Of a DNA stretch of 64,000 bases, positions 9,490 to 19,137 are shown piece by piece (within the stretch, counting starts at the first letter, position 1; each line of letters opens with the position of its first letter). Source of the DNA: an uncultured Prevotella sp. (lineage in GTDB: Bacteria > Bacteroidota > Bacteroidia > Bacteroidales > Bacteroidaceae). The stretch lies in NCBI GenBank assembly GCA_905233985.1, contig CAJOFA010000006.1, forward strand, positions 3,295 through 67,294. The letters run 5' to 3'. Below the pieces are notes generated by a model. That model was not told the origin of the DNA. It did no database searches and saw only the letters and a program-made list of their open reading frames with translations. A program made the translations under genes and the position numbers.

Positions 9490-10284
9490 TTATTGTACAT
9501 TCAGAGCCTCGGTGTGAAAATCGCCACTGCCCAGGAGGGTTTTGTTCATGGCGTGTACGTCGCCTGAGAGGGTGATGTCACCCGAGCCACGCAGGTCGCC
9601 CTTGACTTCTCCGCAGCTGTTGAAGGTGCACTTCACATCTCCGGAACCTTTAAGCAGGATGTCGGTGAGTCCCACGTTCTTATGATTAATACCTACGTCG
9701 CCGCTACCTACCAGTTCAATCTGTGACGTCTGTGCCTCAGCGTTGGAGATGTTAATGTCGCCACTGCCCACAGCAGAGGTGACGAGGTGGTCGCAAATGA
9801 CGTCCACCAGATTGATGTTACCCGAGCCACGCAGGGACAAGAGAAGGTTGTCAGTGTCTATCTTCTCATTGCTGACGAACTCTCCGGAGCCCATGAGCGA
9901 CACCTCTACGAGGTCAGGAGAAGAGACAAAGACACTGATGCCGTTATCCTGGAAAAATACTATCTGCTGGACGAGATTTTGGGCATCGTCGCTCATCTTG
10001 ATGGTGAGAGTGCTGTCATTTACCACAGTCTCCACATATTCTATCAAATCCTCAGGAGCCTCCACACGCACGGAGAAGCTATCGCTTTGGGTATAATAGA
10101 CGGTGGTGGCACCCATGAGCTGTATGCGTTCAAAGCCAGCCACCTCTCGAACGGCAGATGCTATAGGGCTGGAGTTCTTAGAGCCAGCGCGTTCGAGACG
10201 AACGTTACACGATGTGAGGAGCAACAAGAGTAGCAAGGTGCAAGATGCAAGGTGCAAGGTTTTCTTAATCTGTTTCATTTTCAT
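9490..10284 (-). CDS. Lipoprotein with GIN/DUF2807 beta-helix
   Basis: LLLLLTSC lipobox; repeated GSGD/GSGN motifs. Confidence 0.8.
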   Translation of the reverse strand: MKMKQIKKTLHLASCTLLLLLLLTSCNVRLERAGSKNSSPIASAVREVAGFERIQLMGATTVYYTQSDSFSVRVEAPEDLIEYVETVVNDSTLTIKMSDDAQNLVQQIVFFQDNGISVFVSSPDLVEVSLMGSGEFVSNEKIDTDNLLLSLRGSGNINLVDVICDHLVTSAVGSGDINISNAEAQTSQIELVGSGDVGINHKNVGLTDILLKGSGDVKCTFNSCGEVKGDLRGSGDITLSGDVHAMNKTLLGSGDFHTEALNVQ

Positions 10285-10359
10285 TTTCTTTTTTGGGTTT
10301 AACTTCTGAGTGTTTGACGAAGGAGGAAACAAAAAAGTTGCACGCCTCATGAAAAAAAG

Positions 10360-12984
10360 TCAGAATGTCAGGTGTAACATAAACCGAACACCGTTCTTAT
10401 GAGCTGTCGGCAGGTCATTATAATTCATGCGATGTACGAACTCTACACGCAGAAAGCGGAAGATATTATGCACACCGACAACGATTTCCCAGTAGGGCAC
10501 GTGGGGGTCCATGACGTAGGAGCCTTCAGGGAAGGCCATGAGCAGGGTATTGCCGGCATTCTCCGGCAACGTGGGATTGTTCTTGTCTGTCAGCCCGCCC
10601 CATAGCATCCGCACCGCCAGATATTCACGCCACTTAAGTTTCTTTATGAGCGGAATGCGGTTGAAGATCTTGCCGTTCATATCCCAGCTGATGTGGGCAC
10701 TCATAAAGTGGTCGTTCAAGAACTCCATGTTGTTCATCAGCCCGAAAGTGTTTTTATGTGTGACGTAGGAAAGGTTGACCTCAGGCATACACAACAGCGG
10801 GAAGGGCACTTTCTCCCACTCTATGCCACCCTTGACGAAGCAGTCCACCTTGCCCCAGCTATTCAGCCAGAAACGTTTGTAGATGCTTGCCTCGGTGTAG
10901 TTATAGCTATAGTCACCACCCAGCAGATTCTTGATACCCAGCGTGTGACTGACGGTGAACACGGGTGCCTCACTATTCACCTTCGTACGTCGCTGTTTGG
11001 TGTTGATATAGGTAGCCCCCGGACAGTATTCCAACTCTGCACGTATCTCGGTGGTACGGAAGGATATGGAGGCAGGTGAGTGGTCTGTGGTCTGTGGTGA
11101 ATCGTCAGCTGTTGAGAGCTGTTCTATCATCGACAGGGGTGTGAAATAGAGGTTACCTGCGGCTTCGTTGTGTTCGGTCTTGAATGCCAGCGTGGTTTTG
11201 AGGCCAAAATCTTCTTCACGCACAAACTCCAGTTGCTGGCGGTTGTAGAACATCATCTTGTCCACCGTTGCCCATTTGAAGGAGGTGAACACATTGTCCT
11301 TGTCAGTTGTGAGAAACTTGTCCGAAGGTGACATGACATCATAAGTGGAGAGGAACATCAGCGTGCGTTGGGGGAACTCACGCGGCAGGTATTCTTTCTC
11401 ATTGAACGAATAGGTCAACTCCGCTCGATAATAGTTCTTATGGCTCTTCCATCCATGAGCATAGTAACCTTTGAAGAACCAGTGCCGGCTGAGGTTGGCG
11501 GTGGTCTGGATACTGGCTCGGGTACGGAACCCGTCAATAAAGTTCTTGCTGATGATGGTATTGATGGGGCCTATGTCCACCTTGCTGGGGGTTCCTGTCT
11601 CCACAAAGTTCTCGACCACAGCTTTGAGGACAACCATGATATACTTGAAGCCTCCTACCCGCTCGATGTTATGGATAAAGTCATCCATGGAGCCCTCGCT
11701 CCTGGTCAACTCCACTTGGCGGTACTGATCCCAGAAGGCATCATCACGCATCATGGCATTGACATCACGTATCTCCTTCTTCGAGCCTCGGAACATCTGT
11801 TCAGGCAACTCACTGAAGTCATAGTCGGTGAGGCGCGTCGTCCTGATAACAGCAGCCTTCTGCAGAAAGTCAAACAGGGCGAGCTCCACCAGCATGTCAT
11901 CCACACTCAGCACCCACGAGCCATCGGGCAGACAAGTGAACTCCTGCACAATCTTCATGTCCTCCACGAAGTTCACCTCACTCTGCTTGGGCAGCGACAG
12001 TTCACAGCGCTTGACCTGATAGGACGAGTCAGCCAGAATATAAATGTCACCACGAAAACCGAAGTCCTGTTGATTGTTGGGCATGAAATGCAGCTGGATG
12101 CATTTGTCATTCTCCACATAGAGCGTGTCTTCTATATAGAAGCGGTAGAAAGCAATAGCACCTTTACCGATGGGCGACGTGAAGGGATGCTGCAACAGAC
12201 GTATCTGGTCATCATATATATTCACATCACAAAATACATCCTTGAGCACCGTGTTCAGGATGTCACCCGTCTGGAAGAGGTCATTGATACCCGTTGACTT
12301 CTGCCCGAAAATGACGTTCCGTTCTGTACGTGGGTCTTTGCGATAGCGGCATTGCATGACAGTTTCCTCGACAGAGATGGGCAGGATGAGCTTGTTGTTG
12401 TATTCGCACACCTCGGCATGGTCCTTAATCCACGGTTTTTTCTTGAAGAAAGGTTCCTCGAAAGTACTGGGCGTCATGTCGTTCAGTGCCAGCGTAATCT
12501 TCTGGTATTTGTTGTATTGGAAGAAGTCTCGGTTGAAGAGGCTGGTCTGTTTCTTTTTCTCTATGACCTTCTTCATCAGTTCCACAGCAGGGTTGTTCTT
12601 CCTGCTGTATTTTCCTGGGTCTGCTGTCACGTTGACCACCTCCAATGCCGTTGACTCAGGTTTCAGTCTGATAATTATAGGACTCTTGACAGAGGCATTG
12701 ACAGCAACGGTCTGTTCCTCATAACCCACAGCGCTGAACGTCAGTGTCCAACCATTGTGGCGTGCCACACTGAAATGTCCGTTTATATCAGAAGCGACAC
12801 CGACCTTGTGCCCCTTATAAAGCACACTTGCCATCGGAATGCTGTCACCGGTCTCGGCATCCAGCACCTGACCAGTGAGTTTCTGCTGGGCATAGGAAGT
12901 GAGGGAAGAGCAATATGCAAAGAGGAACACCGCCAAAAGCAGCATTCTCCTTGTCCGAACAGTATATGTAAGTCGCTCTCCCAC
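10360..12984 (-). CDS. Outer-membrane protein, CarboxypepD_reg-like plus DUF5686-type domain
   Basis: GQVLDAETGDSIPMASV..TLTFSAVGY N-domain, YSRKNNPAVELMKKVI, C-terminal Phe. Confidence 0.8.
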   Translation of the reverse strand: MGERLTYTVRTRRMLLLAVFLFAYCSSLTSYAQQKLTGQVLDAETGDSIPMASVLYKGHKVGVASDINGHFSVARHNGWTLTFSAVGYEEQTVAVNASVKSPIIIRLKPESTALEVVNVTADPGKYSRKNNPAVELMKKVIEKKKQTSLFNRDFFQYNKYQKITLALNDMTPSTFEEPFFKKKPWIKDHAEVCEYNNKLILPISVEETVMQCRYRKDPRTERNVIFGQKSTGINDLFQTGDILNTVLKDVFCDVNIYDDQIRLLQHPFTSPIGKGAIAFYRFYIEDTLYVENDKCIQLHFMPNNQQDFGFRGDIYILADSSYQVKRCELSLPKQSEVNFVEDMKIVQEFTCLPDGSWVLSVDDMLVELALFDFLQKAAVIRTTRLTDYDFSELPEQMFRGSKKEIRDVNAMMRDDAFWDQYRQVELTRSEGSMDDFIHNIERVGGFKYIMVVLKAVVENFVETGTPSKVDIGPINTIISKNFIDGFRTRASIQTTANLSRHWFFKGYYAHGWKSHKNYYRAELTYSFNEKEYLPREFPQRTLMFLSTYDVMSPSDKFLTTDKDNVFTSFKWATVDKMMFYNRQQLEFVREEDFGLKTTLAFKTEHNEAAGNLYFTPLSMIEQLSTADDSPQTTDHSPASISFRTTEIRAELEYCPGATYINTKQRRTKVNSEAPVFTVSHTLGIKNLLGGDYSYNYTEASIYKRFWLNSWGKVDCFVKGGIEWEKVPFPLLCMPEVNLSYVTHKNTFGLMNNMEFLNDHFMSAHISWDMNGKIFNRIPLIKKLKWREYLAVRMLWGGLTDKNNPTLPENAGNTLLMAFPEGSYVMDPHVPYWEIVVGVHNIFRFLRVEFVHRMNYNDLPTAHKNGVRFMLHLTF

Positions 12985-13000
12985 CCTCGATAGCTAATAA

Positions 13001-14335
13001 TTAATCTATTTCCTCATCTGCCTCGTAGCCGCCCATCTCACGGATGGCGTTCTTCAGCATGGTATATTGCTGGTAGAGGTTATTGACAGCCTCCTCGCCA
13101 CAAGTATAGTCATGCATCGGACTTTTTAGGAAGAAGCTGAGGAAGCGCTGGATACCAAAGCGTCCTGCCCGTGCTGCCAAATCACTCAGCAGACAGAGGT
13201 CGAGACAAAGAGGTGCCGCCAGAATACTGTCACGGCAGAGGAAATTGATCTTGATTTGCATGGGATAATTCATCCAACCGAAGATATCTATATTATCCCA
13301 GCCCTCCTTGTTATCGTTGCGCGGCGGGTAGTAGTTGATACGTACCTTGTGGTAGTAGTCCTGATAGAGGTCGGGCTGTTCCTCGGCCTTCAGGATGGTC
13401 TCCAGCGTAGAAAGCTTCGACACCTCCTTGGTACGGAAATTAGCAGGCTCATCCAGCACCAGACCATCGCGGTTACCCAGGATATTGGTAGAGAACCATC
13501 CACTGAGTCCAAGTTTACGCACTCCGATGATGGGAGCAAAACCCGACTTAACAAGTGTCTGTCCTGTCTTGAAATCCTTGCCAGCAATGGGCATATGCAC
13601 CTTTTCTGCCAGTTCCCACATAGCAGGAATATCGACCGTCGTATTCGGAGCACCCATGATGAACGGTGCCCCTTCTGCCAAGGCTGCATAGGCATAGCAC
13701 ATCGACGGTGCCACATGTTCGCAATCGTTGGTTTTCATCGCCGCCTCCAAATCGCTCAAGCGGTAATGTACCTTTTCCTCCACAGGAATATAAATCTCCG
13801 TCGATGCTGCCCAAAGCACTACGATACGGGAACACCCCTTCTCTTTCTTGAACTGGCGGATGTCCTCACGCAACATCTCCACCATCTGCCAACGGGTAGG
13901 CATACATTTTCCAGCGTCTTTTGCAGGAAGACTTTTCACGTTATCCCCGTCAATACGCTTGGCATAGTTCTTGTCAAAGGCTGCTTTCAAGGGAACTATC
14001 TGCTGCAGCTCGTCCTTGACGGGCAGGATGTCTTTCTCCTGCAACACCTCGGCATACATCGCTGCTTGAAAGGCATTTTGCGGATAGACATCCCAACAGC
14101 CGAAGACGATGTCATCAAGCCGGGCCATAGGTACTATCTCGTTGTAAGTGAGGTACTGTCTGTCGGCTCCCTGCCCCACCCTGATTTTGTCGTACTGCGT
14201 CATGGAGCCAATGGGCTTTGCCAATCCGCGACGTGCCATAAGCACACCTGTCATGAAGGTCGTGGCTACGGCTCCATTGCCAACAACCAAGATTCCGAGT
14301 TTGCCGTCTGCCGGCTTTACGTGTGTCTGTTTCAT
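13001..14335 (-). CDS. ino1: myo-inositol-1-phosphate synthase
   Basis: GNGAVATT, GKDFKTGQT, NILGNRDG, DNKEGWD, CRDSILAAPL motifs. Confidence 0.95.
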   Translation of the reverse strand: MKQTHVKPADGKLGILVVGNGAVATTFMTGVLMARRGLAKPIGSMTQYDKIRVGQGADRQYLTYNEIVPMARLDDIVFGCWDVYPQNAFQAAMYAEVLQEKDILPVKDELQQIVPLKAAFDKNYAKRIDGDNVKSLPAKDAGKCMPTRWQMVEMLREDIRQFKKEKGCSRIVVLWAASTEIYIPVEEKVHYRLSDLEAAMKTNDCEHVAPSMCYAYAALAEGAPFIMGAPNTTVDIPAMWELAEKVHMPIAGKDFKTGQTLVKSGFAPIIGVRKLGLSGWFSTNILGNRDGLVLDEPANFRTKEVSKLSTLETILKAEEQPDLYQDYYHKVRINYYPPRNDNKEGWDNIDIFGWMNYPMQIKINFLCRDSILAAPLCLDLCLLSDLAARAGRFGIQRFLSFFLKSPMHDYTCGEEAVNNLYQQYTMLKNAIREMGGYEADEEID

Positions 14336-14349
14336 ATCTATTTCGTTTC

Positions 14350-15087
14350 TTATATGATTGTCAATAATTCCCGAAGGTCTGTGATGAAGTGATCGGCCTC
14401 CTCTTGTTGAAGAGAATTTGGAATCCCCGACTTCTGAGACACGGATTTGAAATCCGCATCAATGGGCCATCCTTGTCCTTTCAGCCATACGGTGTGGCAG
14501 CCAATGCTGCGGGCTGGCCGGATGTCGTTCTTCATGCTGTCGCCCACTACCATGACCTGCTGCGGTGACAAGCCAAGCGCCTCGACGCCAAGCATGAAGA
14601 TGCGCGGGTCGGGCTTTCGCACGCCCACGGCAGCCGACTCCACCACATGCCCGAACAGGTCAGCAAGCCCGTAATCGCTCAGCACAGCGGCGAGGTTGCC
14701 GTAAAAATTGCTGACCAGCACGAGCGGGAGGCGCTCCTTCAGTTGCAACAGCACCTTACGGCTGTTTGCCGTCTGTCGACGTGCCAACTGGTCAAGCTCA
14801 TCGACCAGAGCACTCAAATCCGCGTCAACGACACCCCGACTCAACAGGTACTCCCTCTGGAGTTTCAGCTTCGCCTCCAGCGTCCGTCGGAAGTTCTCAG
14901 CACACTGTATAATCGGTTCGCTGCCTAACGTGCGCTCCGCATAGACGTAAGCCTCGCAGTACTGCTGCGCCGTGACGGGCAAGTGGTGACGCTCATAGGC
15001 CTCCCAGATAACCCGTCCCCAGTGGTTGCCGCCCGTGTCGAGCGTACCACCATAGTCGAAGATAATTCCGCGAATGACGTTTCTCAT
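14350..15087 (-). CDS. HAD-family phosphatase
   Basis: FDYGGTLD motif I, VSN, KPDP, VGDSMKND. Confidence 0.9.
   Translation of the reverse strand: MRNVIRGIIFDYGGTLDTGGNHWGRVIWEAYERHHLPVTAQQYCEAYVYAERTLGSEPIIQCAENFRRTLEAKLKLQREYLLSRGVVDADLSALVDELDQLARRQTANSRKVLLQLKERLPLVLVSNFYGNLAAVLSDYGLADLFGHVVESAAVGVRKPDPRIFMLGVEALGLSPQQVMVVGDSMKNDIRPARSIGCHTVWLKGQGWPIDADFKSVSQKSGIPNSLQQEEADHFITDLRELLTII
14414..14456. repeat. REP-like palindrome doublet inside the HAD gene
   Basis: CGGATTTGAAATCCG (14442-14456) plus a degenerate partner GAATTTGGAATCC (14414-14426). Confidence 0.55.
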
Positions 15088-15088
15088 T

Positions 15089-15820
15089 TCACTTTTCACT
15101 CATCCGTTTTACGATGCACTCGGCGATGACCTCTGCCGCCTCTTCCATACAGGGCGAGAAGCTGGGCCAGTCGTTGAAATCGACGATACAGCTGCTACCG
15201 TCTTCACGCACGATGGCATCGCCGCCATAGACGGTGATGCCCGTCAGCCTAGCCGCCTCTTCCGCCTGCTTTCGCAGACTGTCGGGGCTGATGCAGTAGG
15301 CTTGGAAGAAATCCGTACCCGCCACACCGTAGAACTTCACATGACGTCCAATGACGTGTGGACTGACCACCCAATCACAAATGCCATGATGACGAAGCGA
15401 CAGCTTCAGCTGCTCCAGTCCGTCGGCATTGTGTGCAAAGGTGACATGACCGGCCATACTGTTGAACTTCAGCCAGCAAGGGCCTTCACCATTGTACTCT
15501 CCCGGCACATCGACACCGCCTTCGCGCAGGCGACGTTCCAGCTCCCGTCGGTTCAGGCAGAGACGCACGGCACTTGTCGCATTGATGACCAGCGCCCCGC
15601 TACGCTCGCGGGCCTCCAGTTCGCTGAGCATCTTGCCGCTACGTGCCATCGACACATAGACGTCAGCTTGAGGCAGTTTCTGGTCTTCCCGCATCTCATA
15701 GACACCAACGCCTTGCCCTCGCAATGCCTGGGAGACATAGCCCATCAGCGACGAGTCACGGCTTATATCACCCGTTGACAGTTGCGGAGAGCGCCAGATC
15801 AGTGTCACGAGATTCTTCAT
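15089..15820 (-). CDS. ATP-grasp-fold protein (ITPK1/RimK-like)
   Basis: ALVINA, WLK, HVKFYGV, YGGDAIV, IVDFNDWPSF; first gene after a TACCTTTG promoter at 15828-15835. Confidence 0.7.
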   Translation of the reverse strand: MKNLVTLIWRSPQLSTGDISRDSSLMGYVSQALRGQGVGVYEMREDQKLPQADVYVSMARSGKMLSELEARERSGALVINATSAVRLCLNRRELERRLREGGVDVPGEYNGEGPCWLKFNSMAGHVTFAHNADGLEQLKLSLRHHGICDWVVSPHVIGRHVKFYGVAGTDFFQAYCISPDSLRKQAEEAARLTGITVYGGDAIVREDGSSCIVDFNDWPSFSPCMEEAAEVIAECIVKRMSEK

Positions 15821-16020
15821 CAACTTGCAAAGGTACAACTTATTTTTATTCTAAACGAATAAATCGTCAAAATATGACGTTTTAAGCATTTTCTTTACTT
15901 TTTTTTACCAATTGCAGGTTTTCTTTCGCACAACTTAGGACATCAAAAGGGGAAATCAAAGGGGTCTATCAAGACGAGATGCCGTGTTGCCGTTGATGAG
16001 GGAAAAACTCAAATAATCTT

Positions 16021-16061
16021 TAATTTATTTGGTTTTTCGCTCGGTTTGCATTATCTTTGCA
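16021..16061 (+). promoter_or_regulatory. Repeated promoter module, copy 1
   Basis: 37/41 identical to 25184-25224; ends in TATCTTTG -7 element. Confidence 0.7.
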
Positions 16062-16089
16062 GCCAAAGGACTTAACAACTTTGTTGACT

Positions 16090-17730
16090 ATGGAAAAGAT
16101 TTATAGATTGATTTGGTTTTTCGTGCTGCTGACGGTGGCAGCGACGGCAGCATGGGCGCAGAATAGCGGGAAACTGGAGTATAATGGATGCAAGATGACC
16201 TATAGCGTCTCGGGAGGAACCATTGTGCGACAAGGCGATTCCCATGCAGGCGTGCAACGCACGCTGACCTGCGAAGTGAAAACAGGAAACACTATTACCT
16301 TCACGTGCACGGGAACGGGCGTCAACAACCGTAAATGCCATTTCAAAATGGTAGCAACCACCGGCAAGTCCGAAAACGAAGGGGTAGTGCTGGAGAGCAA
16401 GAAAATAAACGAACAGACCGTCACATACTCCTACACGATTCCACGGAATGCGCGTTATGTGAGGTTGCAGGCTACTTATGACACAAACTCCTCTAGGGAA
16501 GGAAGGAGTAAGCCCTTGAGTATTGCTGTCAACTGCTCCGTCGTCGAAGGTGCCTCCACGACAGGCCCAGTGACTGTTCGTGAAGAAGACGACGATCCCT
16601 GTGGCTGCAAAGGAGGATTGTTTAGCGAAAGGTCGCTTAAAGACTGGTCGCCGAAGTATAATAGGTATAAGGACTGCAACGTACGTTTCAAGGATATCAC
16701 AGGTGACGTGGCAGTAAGACCAGAATGTGAGGACGATGACTCCTATGTAGGAGCCGAATTTGAAACCGTCCTCCACTATTGTGACAGAATTAAGACCGAG
16801 GATGATTCTGAGGCTATACTTGGTTTGGCGGATAAGACTTCACTTACCATGTTGTCGAACACCATCCTGCGCCTGCCTCCTTATGAAGGAGAAATCAGTA
16901 ACGTCAAAATGGTGATGGGAATCATCTGGATAAACATGAATAAATCGATGTTCAAAGGTGGAGAACTCCGTCTCCATGGAACACAAGCCGTTTCAGGCAT
17001 CCGAGGCACTATCGTGGCAATGGAGGAGACAGGCAAAGAGACGAAGTTCTGGCTCTTGGCAGGCAAGGTGGACGTGACGAGCAAGAAGACTGGCAAAAAG
17101 GTAGTACTACAAGCTGGTCAAATGACAATTACCGGTAAGGACGGCCAGACGAAAATCCAGAAGTTCAACATTGAGCAGGCCGCCAAGAAGTTCAAGATTC
17201 CTATGGATGAGATTCGCAACCATTATTCGGATACCGGTAGCACAGGCAATACGAGTGTGCTGTTCACTGCTGATAAACTGAACTACAAAGTTCTGACTGC
17301 AACGACCGTTGAGGTGACGGGTGAGCTGCGCGGCACGTACAAGGGCAGCGTGAAGATTCCCGCACAGGTGAAGCATCAGGGAAAGACGTATCAGGTGGTG
17401 GGCATCGGCAGCAACGCCTTTGCCAACCAGTCGCAGATGACGAGCATCACCATCCCCACCAGCGTACGTAGCATTGCCGGCGATGCATTTGCGAATAGCG
17501 GACTGACGAGCGTCACCGTCCCAGGTGATAAAGTGAGCATAGCCGCCAACGCCTTCCGCAATTGCAAGAAACTCCTCACGGCCACCGTCAGCGGAAAGAA
17601 TCCGCAATGCCAGGGCGATGCCTTCACGGGCTGTAGCAGCATGAAGGAGCTACGCATCCGCGACATCAAGGAGAGCAACTACGGCAAGACACTCCCCGGC
17701 ACCACCGCCGTCATCAAAAAACTCCAATAA
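16090..17730 (+). CDS. Secreted protein with FecR-like domain and BspA-type leucine-rich repeats
   Basis: Signal peptide; DRIKTEDDSEA..AVSGIRGT..LAGKVDV (FecR-like); IGSNAF..ITIPTSVRSIAGDAF LRRs. Confidence 0.7.
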   Translation: MEKIYRLIWFFVLLTVAATAAWAQNSGKLEYNGCKMTYSVSGGTIVRQGDSHAGVQRTLTCEVKTGNTITFTCTGTGVNNRKCHFKMVATTGKSENEGVVLESKKINEQTVTYSYTIPRNARYVRLQATYDTNSSREGRSKPLSIAVNCSVVEGASTTGPVTVREEDDDPCGCKGGLFSERSLKDWSPKYNRYKDCNVRFKDITGDVAVRPECEDDDSYVGAEFETVLHYCDRIKTEDDSEAILGLADKTSLTMLSNTILRLPPYEGEISNVKMVMGIIWINMNKSMFKGGELRLHGTQAVSGIRGTIVAMEETGKETKFWLLAGKVDVTSKKTGKKVVLQAGQMTITGKDGQTKIQKFNIEQAAKKFKIPMDEIRNHYSDTGSTGNTSVLFTADKLNYKVLTATTVEVTGELRGTYKGSVKIPAQVKHQGKTYQVVGIGSNAFANQSQMTSITIPTSVRSIAGDAFANSGLTSVTVPGDKVSIAANAFRNCKKLLTATVSGKNPQCQGDAFTGCSSMKELRIRDIKESNYGKTLPGTTAVIKKLQ

Positions 17731-17772
17731 CGTATAGGAGTAAGAATAGGAAAGCATTCCAAGTATGGAAAG

Positions 17773-19020
17773 CTACTCGACGGGCAGTTCAGCCCAGAAG
17801 GTGGAGCCGACGCCCAGCTCGGAATCGACGCCCACACGACCGCCAAGCATCAAAGCTATAGCCCGACAAATAGGGAGTCCGAGACCGGTACCTGGGATAA
17901 ATTCATCGAGTTTGAAAAACTGGTCAAACACCTTATCAAGCTTTTCCTCTGGAATTCCCTTACCCGTGTCCTTCACCCAGATACGCACAAAGCCGTCCTT
18001 CGCCGGGTCACATCCCACCGTCACGGAACCTTTAACGGTAAACTTCAAAGCATTGTTGATAAACTGGTCAAGAATGTCGGCCACACGGGAACTGTCACTC
18101 TTAATCATAATGTCATCTTTAGGAATCTGCTCATTCACGATAATGTCAGGATTCTCATTGCGTGACGCACAGGAGTCAGCCATCTCATGAACAATAATAC
18201 AGAGATCGAACTCACTCTTTTCAATATCGCTACTGCCAGCCTCGATTTTTGACATAGTTACAATGTCATCAATCATGTGTAGCAGTTTCGCGTTGTTGTC
18301 CTTGATGAGGCGGAGAAGTTCTCCACGCTCCTCCTCCGTCTGCACCATCGGCAGGATATCGCTGAAACCGACGATGGCATTGAGCGGAGTTCTGATCTCA
18401 TGACTCATATTCGCCAGGAACGCCGACTTGAGCCGATCACTCTCCTCTGCTCGGTTACGTGCCTCCAACAGCGCTACCTCCGTCTTTTTCTGTTCCTCAA
18501 TAGACATGGATGTTCCGACTATAGTAAGCGGCACCCCGCTGGGACTAAGTTCTGAAACCATGCAATAACTTGCCTCCCATATATATTGTTTGGAACTGAA
18601 GGGTTTGACGCGATACTGGGTATAATAATCGTTTATCTTCCCCTCCATCAACTGAAGCACATTTTGATGGATGCGGTCACGGTCCTCTTCTGCGATACGC
18701 CGCGAGAACTCACTCATCGGCATTTCGGCCGTACCTATATAATCACCTTGATCACGATAATCGCTGCCAAACGTAACTTTCTGTGTGGCAACATCTATCT
18801 TCCAAACGGCAAGCTTCATGGTCTTGAGCACCATGTCAAACTCGATGCTGCGACCCTGCAACAAGTCAATCATCTGCAGTTCTTTCTCCAACTTAAGCTT
18901 TTCCTTGCGCTGCATCCACAACGCAAAGGCACACGGCACAATCACAAGCAGTCCGACAACCCACATCAGAATGTCGAACCTGATTTGAAACAGTGGCATC
19001 ACGTTAAAAAGAACTGTCAT
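17773..19020 (-). CDS. Membrane-anchored PAS histidine kinase
   Basis: FLANMSHEIRTPLN H-box; NNALKFT, DTGKGI, GTGLGL; start trimmed to ATG 19020. Confidence 0.9.
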   Translation of the reverse strand: MTVLFNVMPLFQIRFDILMWVVGLLVIVPCAFALWMQRKEKLKLEKELQMIDLLQGRSIEFDMVLKTMKLAVWKIDVATQKVTFGSDYRDQGDYIGTAEMPMSEFSRRIAEEDRDRIHQNVLQLMEGKINDYYTQYRVKPFSSKQYIWEASYCMVSELSPSGVPLTIVGTSMSIEEQKKTEVALLEARNRAEESDRLKSAFLANMSHEIRTPLNAIVGFSDILPMVQTEEERGELLRLIKDNNAKLLHMIDDIVTMSKIEAGSSDIEKSEFDLCIIVHEMADSCASRNENPDIIVNEQIPKDDIMIKSDSSRVADILDQFINNALKFTVKGSVTVGCDPAKDGFVRIWVKDTGKGIPEEKLDKVFDQFFKLDEFIPGTGLGLPICRAIALMLGGRVGVDSELGVGSTFWAELPVE

Positions 19021-19137
19021 CGTCTTGGTTCCGATTTTTACACAGATAAGTTTACGCCACAAAATTACAATTATTTTTTTATTTATGCAAGAAATAAAAA
19101 TAAAAATCGTACCTTTGCAGCATATTTTAGCATCATC

